From: Callorhinchus milii
Taxonomy: Eukaryota
Direction of reading: 5' to 3'
DNA length: 64,000 nt
NCBI RefSeq assembly: GCF_018977255.1
Contig: NW_024704743.1
Location: forward strand, 32,614,001 to 32,678,000
Position 1 is the first letter of the stretch; each line of letters begins with the position of its first letter. This document shows positions 53,150-64,000 of this stretch, in pieces. The translations under genes and the position numbers were made by a program. The notes under the pieces were generated by a model, which did no database searches, had not been told where the DNA came from, and saw only the letters and a program-made list of their open reading frames with translations.

Positions 53150-53400
53150 AGACGCCGCGATACGAAATTGTGGATCGGAAACCGGGAGAGGAGCTACAAC
53201 CATTGCATTCGCTCCTCCACCGCACCGTCTCACCCCCTCTGCACTCCTCCTCCTCTGTAAAAGCGATTGGCCGATCTCTCTTGGCTTTAAACCCCCCCCC
53301 TCCCCTCCCCCCCTCCCCCCCTCCCCCCCCAGTCTCCACCCTCTTTGTTTTTGCGCACGTTGTTGGGAGGCGACTCTACCGGTGAGATGACTGGTTTGAC
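53150..53400 (-). promoter_or_regulatory. Putative promoter of the GCNT7-like gene
   Basis: CpG-containing unique sequence upstream of exon 1 with CCAAT on the minus strand (attgg 53266-53270) and G/C tracts. Confidence 0.3.
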
Positions 53401-55140
53401 AGACCGTCAGGACACGACCAGAGGCTGGAGCAGGAACCCGGGCAGCACTCTGCCAATCGTGCAGCAGATACTAATCTTGAATGCCCCCCCCCAACCCCCC
53501 CCCCACCACCTCCCCCCCCACTTTCCTCATCCTGAATTGCAATTCATCAATCCCCCCCCAAAAAAACTGTCCCCCCCCCCCCCCCCCATCCCAGATTGAG
53601 GGACCTCTGCAAACCATTTTGCATCTGATTACTCTTTTTTTTTTGATGGGGGGGTGAAAGTTGATGGCTGTGTATCGCACTGGGTATCGATCGTCTGGAT
53701 GCAACAGCAATAACACGTTACATTTGCACAGTGGCTTTCATGTCGGGAGGATGTTCCAAGGCGCTGGACGGCAAAGGGTGAGAGGCGGGAGGAGGACTGA
53801 AGGCACTTTCAAAGAGTGAGGGTCTTGAGACGGGCCTTGAAGGAGGCAAGGGGCGGGGGGTGGGGGGGGGGGTGTAAGGTGCAGTGCCTCCGGATGGAGT
53901 TCCAGGGGTTGGGGGGCAGGAAGGCTGAAAGCTCGACGGTCAATCGTGCAGCGGACAGGGCAGGGGACATGGAGCAGGCAATGCCCGCTGAGCGGAGGGA
54001 GTGGGTGGTTTGGTAAGGTTTTAGCTGGTCGCAGAGGTAAGATGGAGCAAAGATGAGGATTTTAATGGTGAGGATGAGGATCTTTGGGTGATGGGGAGCC
54101 AGTGAAGCCAGGCAAGAATGGATGGCGGAGGGGGGTCAGAGCACGGACAAGGTTTAAGAGGTGATAGATCGAGATGTTTAAGATAATGCAAATATTTGAG
54201 GGAATTGTGAAAACTCTCTTTGCTAGTTGGGATTCAAGGACAAGAGAACATGAATTCAAGATTGTGACTTAGGGAGTAAAAGGAGAGGTTAGGAGCTCGA
54301 GGGGCTGTCAACAGGGCGGGGGTTCTGCAGCACATGTTCCAGCAGGTGATTATTCCAGACAGAAAAAGTTAGCGATGAAGGGAAGTGGGTGACTGTCCGC
54401 CATGATGGAAAAAGAGGGTAGAAAGTACCACAGTGATTCCCATAGAAAGCTAAGAAAGGTACGGAGCAATGAAAACCAAAGGCAAAGGTTGTGGCTCAGG
54501 GGATCACAGCCTTGGAAAAAGCCAGGGCACAGCAGAACAAGTAGTTGCAAAAGAATGTAAGAAATGCTGTGGTAATAAGTAACTCAACGGTTAGTGAATG
54601 GATAGATGATTTTGTAACCACGCTAAAAAGTCTCAATGATAAGCCTCTCAGAGGCTGGTGTGGGAGAGGAAGCAGAGCAGGTCTTAAAGATAATAATAAT
54701 CCTTGCATTTGATATAGCGCTTTTCACGTCGGGAGGACGTCCCAAAGCGCTTCACAGAACACACTCTAAAGTGAATTGACTGTATATTTGTGGGCGAACG
54801 CAGCAGCCAATTGCACACAGCAATGTCCCACAAACAGTCTTAGATTGAAAATGACCAGTGTATTATTGTTTTTGGAGGGATTATTATTAGGCTCTGTGTG
54901 GAGTAAGGAAACTTGCCCAAGGTTTCGCCCTCTGCCTGGAATTGAACTCAGGTCTCTCGCTTGCAAAGCGAGTGCTCTGACCACTGAGCTGCAGGACTCC
55001 ACATGTTGGCGAGGGAAGGAGCACAGACAGTTACCATGGTTCATGTTGGAGTCAATAACAAAGGAAGGTTAAGGCTGCAGGAGTTACAGGAGTGAGGAGG
55101 AACATGATGCTGCTGACCAGAAGCAAAGAGATATGTCACG

Positions 55141-55540
55141 GGTCCAATGAGAGCATGGGATGGGTTGATGGGCAGGCGGATGGTCCAATAGGAGTGTAGG
55201 ATGGGTTGATGGGCAGGCGGATGGTCCAATAGGAGTGTAGGATGGGTTGATGGGCAGGCGGATGGTCCAATAGAAGTGTAGGATGGGTTGATGGGCAGGC
55301 AGATGGTCCAATAGGAGTGTAGGATGGGTTGATGGGCAGGCGGATGGTCCAATAGGAGTGGAGAATGGGTTGATGGGCAGGCGGATGGTCCAATAGGAGT
55401 GGAGGATGGGTTGATGGACAGGTAGATGGTCCAACAGGAATGTGGGATACGTTGATGGACAGGTGGATTACCCAACGGGAGCTTAGGGCAGGTTGATGGA
55501 CGGCAGATTGTCCATTAGGAGTGTGGACAGGTTGATGGGA
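55141..55540. repeat. 41-bp minisatellite, about 10 copies
   Basis: Unit GGTCCAATAGGAGTGTAGGATGGGTTGATGGGCAGGCGGAT recurs at 55141, 55182, 55223, 55264, 55305, 55346, 55387, 55428, then degenerates. Confidence 0.95.
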
Positions 55541-56079
55541 AAAGAGAAAGCAAGAAGGACATTTTTGCAGGACTCAGGCACCATCAAATTTAGCACCGCA
55601 TCACTGATTATAAGCTCTGCTCTCAGCAATACCTAGCACATCGGTTTATCCCTTTCCCCAACTGTCTGAAGCAGAGATACTTTGCACGCTAGCTTTTTGA
55701 TATTCTTGAGTATTTTGCTGTTTCAAAGCAGTTATATATACAGTTATATATACAGCAAATCACTTGCTGCACAATGGTTACCATTAGCCAAAACTTTGGG
55801 AACTAAACCTCAGAAATTTCTTAAATGGTTTACAAAGCCAATAGATATGCCTGGTGAGTTTCATTTTTTTCGTAGTGCTTTGAATCAATGTTTGGTGCTT
55901 GTGGCTTGGGGATCAATTAGGAGAAAGGCACTTTACAGTAACACTTTGAGACATCCTCTCGACTTGAAAGGCGCTATATCAAATGCAAGGATTATGATTT
56001 TAAAGTCTTGGCCTCATGCACAATATCTTCAGAGAACTAAAGATGCTTCGCTGTAGCATAATGTCGAAAGAGCTTAATA

Positions 56080-56490
56080 TTAATAATCCTTGCATTTGAT
56101 ATAGTACCTATAACATTAAAACATTTTGAAAAGCTTCACAGTTTTTCTCTAAAGTATAGCGTAGTATTTGTAGTTGAACATGGCAATTTGTGCACACAAG
56201 GTCCCACAAGCAGCCATGAAGTGAATAATCCATTTTACCTGGAGAATTGTTGGCCATAAAAATGGAAGAAACTCCCTTCTCTTCCAAAGAATGCCACAGG
56301 ATATTTTAAAGTGGATTCTTCAGGCCACCTGAATAGGCAGCGGGACCTTGGTTTAACTTCTTATCTGAACGATGGCATTGTGGTAAAAGCATTGGACATT
56401 GCATTGCAGAGCCAGCCTGAATTCTTAGGTCGAAGTCCTGACGCAGGGTTTGAAATGACAACCTTCTGACTCAAAGGCGAGAGTGCTATA
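56080..56490 (-). mobile_element. Deu-domain SINE (SacSINE/AmnSINE-like)
   Basis: gaagaaactcccttctcttc...tgccacaggatatttta...cacctgaataggcagcgggaccttggtttaac resembles the Deu domain (recalled). Related copies at about 15890-16140, 20155-20430 and 38790-38950. Confidence 0.6.
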
Positions 56491-56525
56491 TACATTAATG
56501 GTCCCAATAGCTACACTAACACTAG

Positions 56526-59500
56526 TCGGGGAGTGGAGCCGGGACAGAGCCGGGCGGAGCGGGGGAGCTGTAGAAAAATGACAAGTGACATCAGCGTGAC
56601 GTCATACTTAAACAGGTGGATCAGGGAAACAGAACTAACAAAACCACTAACAAAACCACTAACAAAAACAACTAACAAAAACACTAACAAAAATACTAAC
56701 AAAAAACTATTTAAAAAAACTTTTAAAAAATCTTAAATTTCTTTTTTAAAACACTCCTAAAATGCAGAGTGAGAGAGAAAGGAGAGAATGGCATGGCAGG
56801 TGATGTGCAAAGACTGCGGTATATAGGAGTTGATGGAGGACAGCCTGAGCCCGGGCAACTTCATCTGCAGCAAATGTCTGCAACTGAGGAAGCTCCAGCT
56901 CAGAGTAGCTGAGCTGGAATCTGAGGTGCAGACATTGCGCAGTATCAGGGAAAGTGAGAGCTTCCTAGATAATATCATCCTGGAGCCAATCACTCCCCTG
57001 AGGCTCAGGGAATGTATAGATTACGTTACTAGTCAGGGACAGAACAGGGTGACTGACAGTCAGGCAGGTAAGGGGACCGCAGAGAGAGTGGCGGAGAAGC
57101 CCCAGGCTTTAACCTTGTCCAACAGGTACAAGATACCTGCAACCTGTGTGGACAAGGAAGCCTGCGAGGAGCAGGATGGGCAAACTGATTCCAACACCTC
57201 TATACAGGAGGCCACACAAGTGGGGGGAGATAGACGGAATTTAGTTGTAATTGGGAACAAGACTGTTAGGAGGACAGACACACTTCTCTGCAGCCGCAAC
57301 CAGGAGACACAAAGGCTCTGTTGCCTTCCTGGGGCCAGGGTGAAGGACATCTCTTCAGAGCTGGAGAAGAATTTGAGGCAGGAGGGGGAGGATCCAATTG
57401 TGGTAATCCATATCGGCAGAGCTTTAAACTACCAAGTGGGGGGGAGGGAAGGTTACAGTTACAGTTAGAAGTAAACCAGCAAAACTAAAAACGATGAAGG
57501 TGGGAGAGCAGAATAGCAAGGGAGATAAAACAGAGTGTGTCAAGGAGGGACAAAGGAGCTCAAAAAATAGGGCATTAGCGAGTAGGGGAAATAGCAAGAA
57601 GTCAAAATTAAAGGCGCTATATCTGAATGCATGAAGCATTCATAATAAGATGGACAAATTAATGGCACAAATAGAAACAAACAGCTATGATCTAGTAACC
57701 ATTACTGAGACGTGGTTACAGGAAGATCAAGGGTGGGAACTAAATATTCTGGGGTATTTGGCATATAGGAAAGATAGGCAATGTGGAAAATGAGGTGGAA
57801 GTGGTGGGGGGTAGCCCTGCTAATAAAGGATGGGATTAAAAACAGTAGAGAGGAAGCATTTTAAATTAGAAAATCAGGATGTAGAGTCAGTATGGGTGGA
57901 AATACGAAATAACAAGGGGCAGAAAAACACGATAAACCCCTGAATAGCAGTCACAGTATTACATAGAGTATTAACCAGGAAATTAGTGGAGCATGTAGCA
58001 AAGGAAATACACTGATAGTGGGTGATTTTAATCTTCATATAGATTGGGAAAACCAAATTGGCAAAAGTAAGTTGGAGGAGGAGTTTATAGAATGCATTAG
58101 AGATAGTTGTGTAGATCAATATGCTGAGGAACTAACCAGGAAAAGGCTATCCTAGATCTTGCTTTATGTAATGAAATACCGCTAATCAGCAACCTGGACG
58201 TTAAGGCTCCTCTAGGGCAGAGTGACCGTAACATGATGGAATTTAGCATTAAGTTAGAGAGTGACGTAGTTAAGTCCGAAGCAAGGATCTTAAATTTAAA
58301 TAGAGCCAACTTTGCAAGTATGAGAGAGGATTTAGCTAAAATAGACTGGGAAATTAGATTAAAGGATATGACAGTAGTCCAGAAATGGCAAACCTTTAAA
58401 GATACAGTACATAAATTCCAGCGATCACATATTCCCTTGAGGAATAAAAATACCACGGGAAAAGTGGTTCAATCATGGCTAACTAGAACAGTTAGGGAAA
58501 GTATAAAGGTAAAAGAAGAGACGTATAAATCTGCCAAAAAGAGCAGTAAACCCGAGAATTGGGAGGCCTTCAGAGACCAATAAAGAAAATCTAAGAAACT
58601 GATTAGGAAGGAGAAAATAGATTATGAGGGCAAACTAGCTAGGAACATAAAGCCAGACTGCAAGAGTTTTTACAAATACATAAAGAGGAAGAGACTAGCA
58701 AAAGTAAATTGGGTCCATTACAGGCAGAGACAGGAGGATTTATAATGGTGGATAAAGATATGGCAGAGACATTAAACATATACTTTGCTTCTGTCTTCAC
58801 ATTAGAAGACACTGAAAACTTACCAAAAATAGAGGGAAACCAAGAAGCTAATGTGAGTGAGCAACTTAGGGAAATTAACATCAGTAAAGAATTAGTACTA
58901 GGGAAACTGTTGGGATTGAAAAATGACAAATCCCCTGGACCTGATGGCCTGCATTTAAAAGAGGTGGCTGCTGAAATAGTTGATGCCTTGTTTTTGATCT
59001 TCCAAAATTCTCTGGATTCTGGAACGGTTCCCATTGATTGGAAGATCGCAAACGTAACACCACTATTTAAGAAGAGTGGGAGAGAGAAGATGGGGAACTA
59101 TAGACCAGTCAGTCTGACATTGGTGCAGGGAAAATTCTAGAATCCTTAATTAGGGACGTCGTAGTGGGATACTTAGAGGACCATAACATGATTAGGCAGC
59201 GTCAACATGGCTTTACAAAAGGGAAGTCACGCTTAACAAATTTTTTAGAGTTTTTTGAGGATGTAACTAGCAGGTTAGATAAGGGGGAACCAATAGATGT
59301 AGTATATTTAGATTTTCAGAAGGCATTCGACAACAAGGTGCCACATAAAAGGCTGCTACACAAGATTAGGGCCTATGTCATTAAAGGTAATGTATTAGTA
59401 TGGATCAAAGAGTGGCTAACGGGAAGAAAACAGAGGTTAGGGATAAATGGGATCTTCTCAGATTGGCAGGATGTGACTAGTGGAGTGCCACAAGGATCAG

Positions 59501-60502
59501 TGCCTGGGCCTCAACTATTTACAATCTATATCAATGATCTAGACGAGGACATAGAAATTAAAATATCAAAATTCACACATGATACTAAGCTGGGAGGGAG
59601 AGTAAGCTCTGAGGATGACACAAAAAGATTGCAAAGGGATATAGATAGGCTAGGTGAGTGGGCAAGAAGGTGGCAAATGGAATATAATGTGGGGAAGTAT
59701 GAAGTTATTCACCAAGTAGTAAAAACAGTAAAGCAGATTATTTTCTAGAAGGGGAGAGACTAGATAGTGTTAGTGTTCAGAGGGATTTGGTTGTCCTTGT
59801 ACACCGATCACAAAAAGTTAGTATGCAGGTACAGCATGTAACTAGGAAGGCTAATGGCATGTTGGCGTTTATTGCAAAAAGGTTAGAATACAAAAGTACG
59901 GAAGTCTTGCTGCAACTGTATAGGGCCTTGGTGAGAGCGCACCTAGAATATTGTGTGCAGTTTTGGTCTCCTTATTTAAGGAAGGACATACTCGCCTTAG
60001 AGGGGGTGCAGTGTAGATTCACTCGGTAACTTCCTGGGATGAGGGAGTTGACCTATGAGGATGGGTAGAGTAAACTAGGCCTACATTCTCTAGAATATAG
60101 AAGAATTAGGGGTGATCTTCTAGAAACATATAAGATTCTTATGGGGCTTGACAGAATAGACAGTGTGAGACTGTTTTCCCTGGTAGGAGAATCTTTAACC
60201 AGGGGTCACAGTCTTAAGATTAAGGGATAGCCCTTTCGAACAGAGTTGAGGAAACACTTCTTTACTCAGACGGTAGTGAATTTATGGAATTCGCTACCCC
60301 AGAAGGCTATAGATGCTAAGTCTTTGAACATATTCAAGACTGAGATTGATAGATTTCTAAAGGATAGAGGGATTAAGGGATATGGGGATAAGGCGGGCAG
60401 ATGGTGTTAGGTTAGAAGATCAGCCATGATCTTATTGAATGGCAGGGCAGGCTCGAGGGGCCGAATGGCCTATACCTGCTCCTAATTCCTTTGTTCCTTT
60501 GT
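56526..60502 (+). mobile_element. Near full-length degenerate CR1 LINE
   Basis: ORF1 (FICSKCLQLRKLQLRVAELESEV), endonuclease and RT motifs (GNYRPVSLT, YLDFQKAFD, GVPQGSV). 5' UTR carries ACTAACAAAA-type repeats; tail ttcctttgttcctttgt. Confidence 0.95.
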
Positions 60503-60930
60503 AACGGGTAACAAGCCCATTGTGGATATGAAAACAGTGAGGATATCATTCATCATCCAAAATGTAATGTACAATACTATACCCATCTTCAATTCAACTC
60601 AAAATATTGCAACACATTGTCTTGAACCCAACTGGGGATTGGTTGTATTCTGGGATTTTGACATGTGTTCACCAGATGGAATCTAGGTTGTGTTTGTGGT
60701 CATCTAATTTATTACATATCAATTCTATGTATGGTTCTCTATCCTGTCTCTGAACATGTTAACTGGTTCCAAGAAGGTGTGAACATCTGGAGGAGATGAG
60801 CCTTTTCACAATGAAGTGTTGATGCCGGAACTGATAAATTTTGTGTCTTTGGAATTTTAAAAGCTGAGGAGATTTTTTTATGTATTAATGATGGAAGATC
60901 AGTTTCCGTATCAGTGAGTTGTTCATTTAA

Positions 60931-61550
60931 CAAAACACAAAATACTGCAGATGCTGGAAATCTGAAATAAAAGCAGAAGTCACTTGGAATACTCACCAGA
61001 TCAGGCAACATGTATAGAGAAAGGAAAGTGGGTCAACGTTTTGGGTCCATGACCCTTTGTCAGAACTGGAGCATGTTGGGAGAGAGAGGCTTTTAAGGAC
61101 TAACAGAGAGGTGCTGTTCCTCGAGCTTGCACCTCATCTATTTGCGAGGAACCTTACAGCCCTCTAGTCTCAATATTGATTTTGATCATTTCAGGCCATA
61201 ACAGCTCACCTTCTCCTATTCTGTGACCATTACCACATCATCTGGGTCCCAGACTCATCTTTTCTCTCTTTTTCTGCCTGTTTTGTTGCAATTCCGCCCC
61301 CCCACACACTTTGTTTTGCATCATTAACACCTCTTTAACCCATCATCCTCTATCCTCTACCCCATTTTCTCATTTGTCTTCCTTGCCCTGTCTCCCCCCT
61401 CTCTGTTAGTTCTTAAAAGCCTCTCCCTCCCAACATGCCCCAGTTCTGATGAAGTGTCATGGACCCAAAATGTTGACTCACTTTCCTTTCTCCACAGATG
61501 CTGCCTGACTGACCTGCTGGGTGTTCCCAGCGACTTCTGTTTTTATTTCA
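60931..61550 (+). mobile_element. Truncated Penelope-like retroelement with inverted pseudo-LTR
   Basis: HLIYLRGTLQPSSLNIDF at about 61130-61185 resembles the Penelope GIY-YIG C-terminus. Inverted arms at 60945-61085 and 61420-61550. 12-bp flanking duplication ttgttca[t/c]ttaa (60919-60930, 61551-61562). Confidence 0.82.
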
Positions 61551-62556
61551 TTGTTCACTTAAGATGGTTTGATAAAGTTAGTGTTGTAAGTCCAGCTCAG
61601 ACAAAAGGAGTTGTTGGTTTAATTTAAACCAAAACTACATTGTTGTTTTTGTTTTATGCTGCTTATTCTGCTTTTGTGTGTTGGAGCAAAATATGTTTTC
61701 CAGATATTAAAAGCACTATACAAATAAAAATTGTATTGCATTGCATTTACAACCCAATTTAGAATCATAGAATATTACAGCATAGTGGGTGAGGTCAGTG
61801 CTTGCTGAGTGAAAGGTGCAGCCAAGTTGATAGGGTTGAAGTAGGTCACAGAACTAGGCCAGCCAGGGTGGTAGTTCATACCTAAAACCAGTTGATCATT
61901 ATCAACTTATTTTCTGCCGTTTCTTACCACATTTGTTCTCAATATCATGTTATATTAGTGATGAATCATTGTGGTTTTCACCTCACGGTTCTATTCATAG
62001 ATATCCTGGTCTCTAGAATGTGAAATACAAATAGTAATAAACAATATGAAATGGAAAAATATCCAACTGAAAACAAAGATTTGCTTAACACTGTAGCTGA
62101 ACATCAAACGCCAACACAAACAAAACACTATAAATGAAACCTAAAACCTCAACATGCACTCCTCAGAGAGACCTTACCGAGTTGTACAAAGCATACAAAA
62201 GACCACAGATATTATATAGATTCACTGTGCTATCAGTTATCACAATCACAAAGATCAGAGCAGAGAAACTGTTTAAAAATCTAAACCATAGCATAAGGAA
62301 CCAGCAGTGCTCGTCATACTCTGGGGTGGAACCACAGTGCAGAACAGATGTCGATGCTGTATGGTAGCTGGTTTATACTTGTCTTTCTGTGAAACCTGAG
62401 CTGTTCAAACCTGCCTCAAACCGAAACTTTGCTCCCATTTCAAATCAGTGAACACAAAACCACATAGAAATTTGGGCAACTATAAATGCCAACAACAACA
62501 AATTCCATTTATACAGCACCTTTCACATCAGGAGAACATTGCAAGGTGCTGGATAG

Positions 62557-63564
62557 TGTTGAAATATATTGACTATCACCTCGGGATACATTGGTATATT
62601 TCAAACAGCAACTGAATGTTTCAGAAGGTTTGATAGTTAAATGGTTAAAAGTATGGATGGGTTGAGGTCAGCTTCTGATTACATTTCATATTTTCCTGGG
62701 AAGATGTTCACTCCTCTGAGATAATGGGCAATCAGGTCTTTGAGTAAAGTTGTAAGAACAATGGACCAAAGAAAGAAAAGGCTGCACCTCAGACACCTGC
62801 CGATCTCAAGGCTGAGAAACAAGCAGCTTGTGGAAAGCTGCCCAGAAGTTGTCCATATCTCTCTGTGCAGAGTGGCCTGTGAATGGTGGGAGCTATCTCT
62901 GTGCCAACGGGAGGTGGAGTTAGAAACATATAAAAGAAAGATGTAACTTTGAAATAGTTGGAGTTGTGTAGAAGATCAGCACACTTCCCAGTGGAATCAA
63001 TATTGATTCTATTATATCTATGTATATGTACTGGGATGAGGGAATTTACCTCCAGTAAAAAAGTGACTATTAAAAGTGAAAGAGGAGGAGTAGTGGGTAA
63101 TACGTTTGCAGTCATGTTTACTAGGCATAGAAGTAATAACATTAGGAGTGGTTGGTCCGTTTGTAACACAGAAGTCAGGTTAGACAGTACTACTGAGGTG
63201 CTGGGCTAAGAGCTGATTGTTTCTGTTGAGTTACAGGAGCCACTCTCAGTGATTCTGTGTGATAGTTCTGTGATCTCTCCAGTGTACGTCAAGGTGTGAT
63301 CCCAGGTCTACTGTTTGGTCTGGAGTATGAAACAGTGCCTGGATACGTGTTATCGTCCGTGTATCGTCAGTCCTATCAGAGTGGTGGCTGGGATACCCCA
63401 ACAAGGTCTCCCTCCTTCTTTTCCTCTCGGAGGCTGCTTAGCTGCTACCTCTTTGGTTCCTATTCCTATACCGTTAGCAGCATCTGGACATTAACCAGGT
63501 CTTCCCCTTGTGACCTCATTATCTGTCCAGATTCTTGACCCCTTGGTCTCTTAACTCAGTTACA
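62557..63564 (+). mobile_element. LTR-like element about 1 kb (TG...CA)
   Basis: Starts TGTTGAAATATA and ends TTACA; interrupts an L2 tail; shares its start boundary with the second copy at 26746. Confidence 0.6.
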
Positions 63565-64000
63565 GAAGGTGGAATGCATTTAGCAAGAGAACATTGCAAG
63601 GCGCTGGATAGTCAAGGGTTTGCACCCAAACTGGGGTCATGAATCAAGAGGGATGGAAGGCAAGAGGGGTGGAGGTGAGAAGATGACTGAAGACAAAGAG
63701 GAAGGTTTTGAAATGATCCTTGAAGGAAGCAAAGGAGGGGATGAAGCCAAGAAATTCCAAATAGAGTAAAAAATACAGCAATATAGAAACATTGCAAATC
63801 CTGGAGCCACCCAAGCAAAAAATATCACGCATTCTCGGAAATTAGGCAAAGAGCTATATATCTGCCTCTTCAGCAACACTTCAAATTCTGCTCACATCAG
63901 CCTTTTCACACAATATCAGCTGTATCCCAGTCCCTGACTGTTATATCTGATTACAAAGTATAATATTCATAACAATTCTTGCATTTGATATGGCGCCTTA

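Noticed and set aside
51921..53390. 489-aa plus-strand ORF (and 384-aa ORF at 28354-29508)
   Set aside because: Antisense shadows of GC-rich GCNT first exons running into microsatellites.
55141..55540. CRISPR-like periodic array
   Set aside because: Head-to-tail 41-bp units with no unique spacers, no cas genes, eukaryotic context.
60739..61011. 90-aa minus-strand ORF
   Set aside because: Starts inside the Penelope arm; no splice or homology support.
62789..63169. 126-aa ORF duplicated at 26091-26507
   Set aside because: Lies within the repeated LTR-like element; no protein motifs, and the other copy reads through a (TAT)n tract.
1..64000. RTF2 exons (human GCNT7 overlaps RTF2 antisense)
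   Set aside because: No RTF2-like peptide recognised by eye; MGCGTS does not match the RTF2 N-terminus MGCDGGTIPKR. A tBLASTn search would settle it.

Overview
Eukaryotic vertebrate genomic DNA. The repeat content (CR1 and L2 LINEs, tRNA/Deu-type SINEs, Penelope palindromes, hAT-Charlie) suggests a cartilaginous fish; this is inference. Two complete three-exon glycosyltransferase family 14 (core-2/I-branching beta-1,6-GlcNAc transferase) genes lie in tandem on the minus strand. The upstream one is GCNT7-like (exons 52811-51839, 38533-38438, 37964-37726; 435 aa). The downstream one is GCNT2-like (exons 29152-28197, 24527-24438, 21662-21484; about 407 aa after correcting a 1-nt frameshift in a G-homopolymer). 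All four introns are GT-AG and phase 1. Most of the remainder is transposon-derived: two near-full-length CR1 LINEs, many L2 fragments, three copies of a hAT family sharing stop codons, Penelope palindromes with hammerhead-ribozyme motifs, an LTR-like element in two copies, and SINEs. There are also low-complexity tracts, a 41-bp minisatellite and a 25-N gap. No CRISPR, rRNA or genuine tRNA gene was seen. I found no clearly new biological system. The best leads are the tandem GCNT7/GCNT2 arrangement, an orphan MGCGTS first-exon candidate, the hammerhead motifs and an inverted SINE pair in a 3' UTR.
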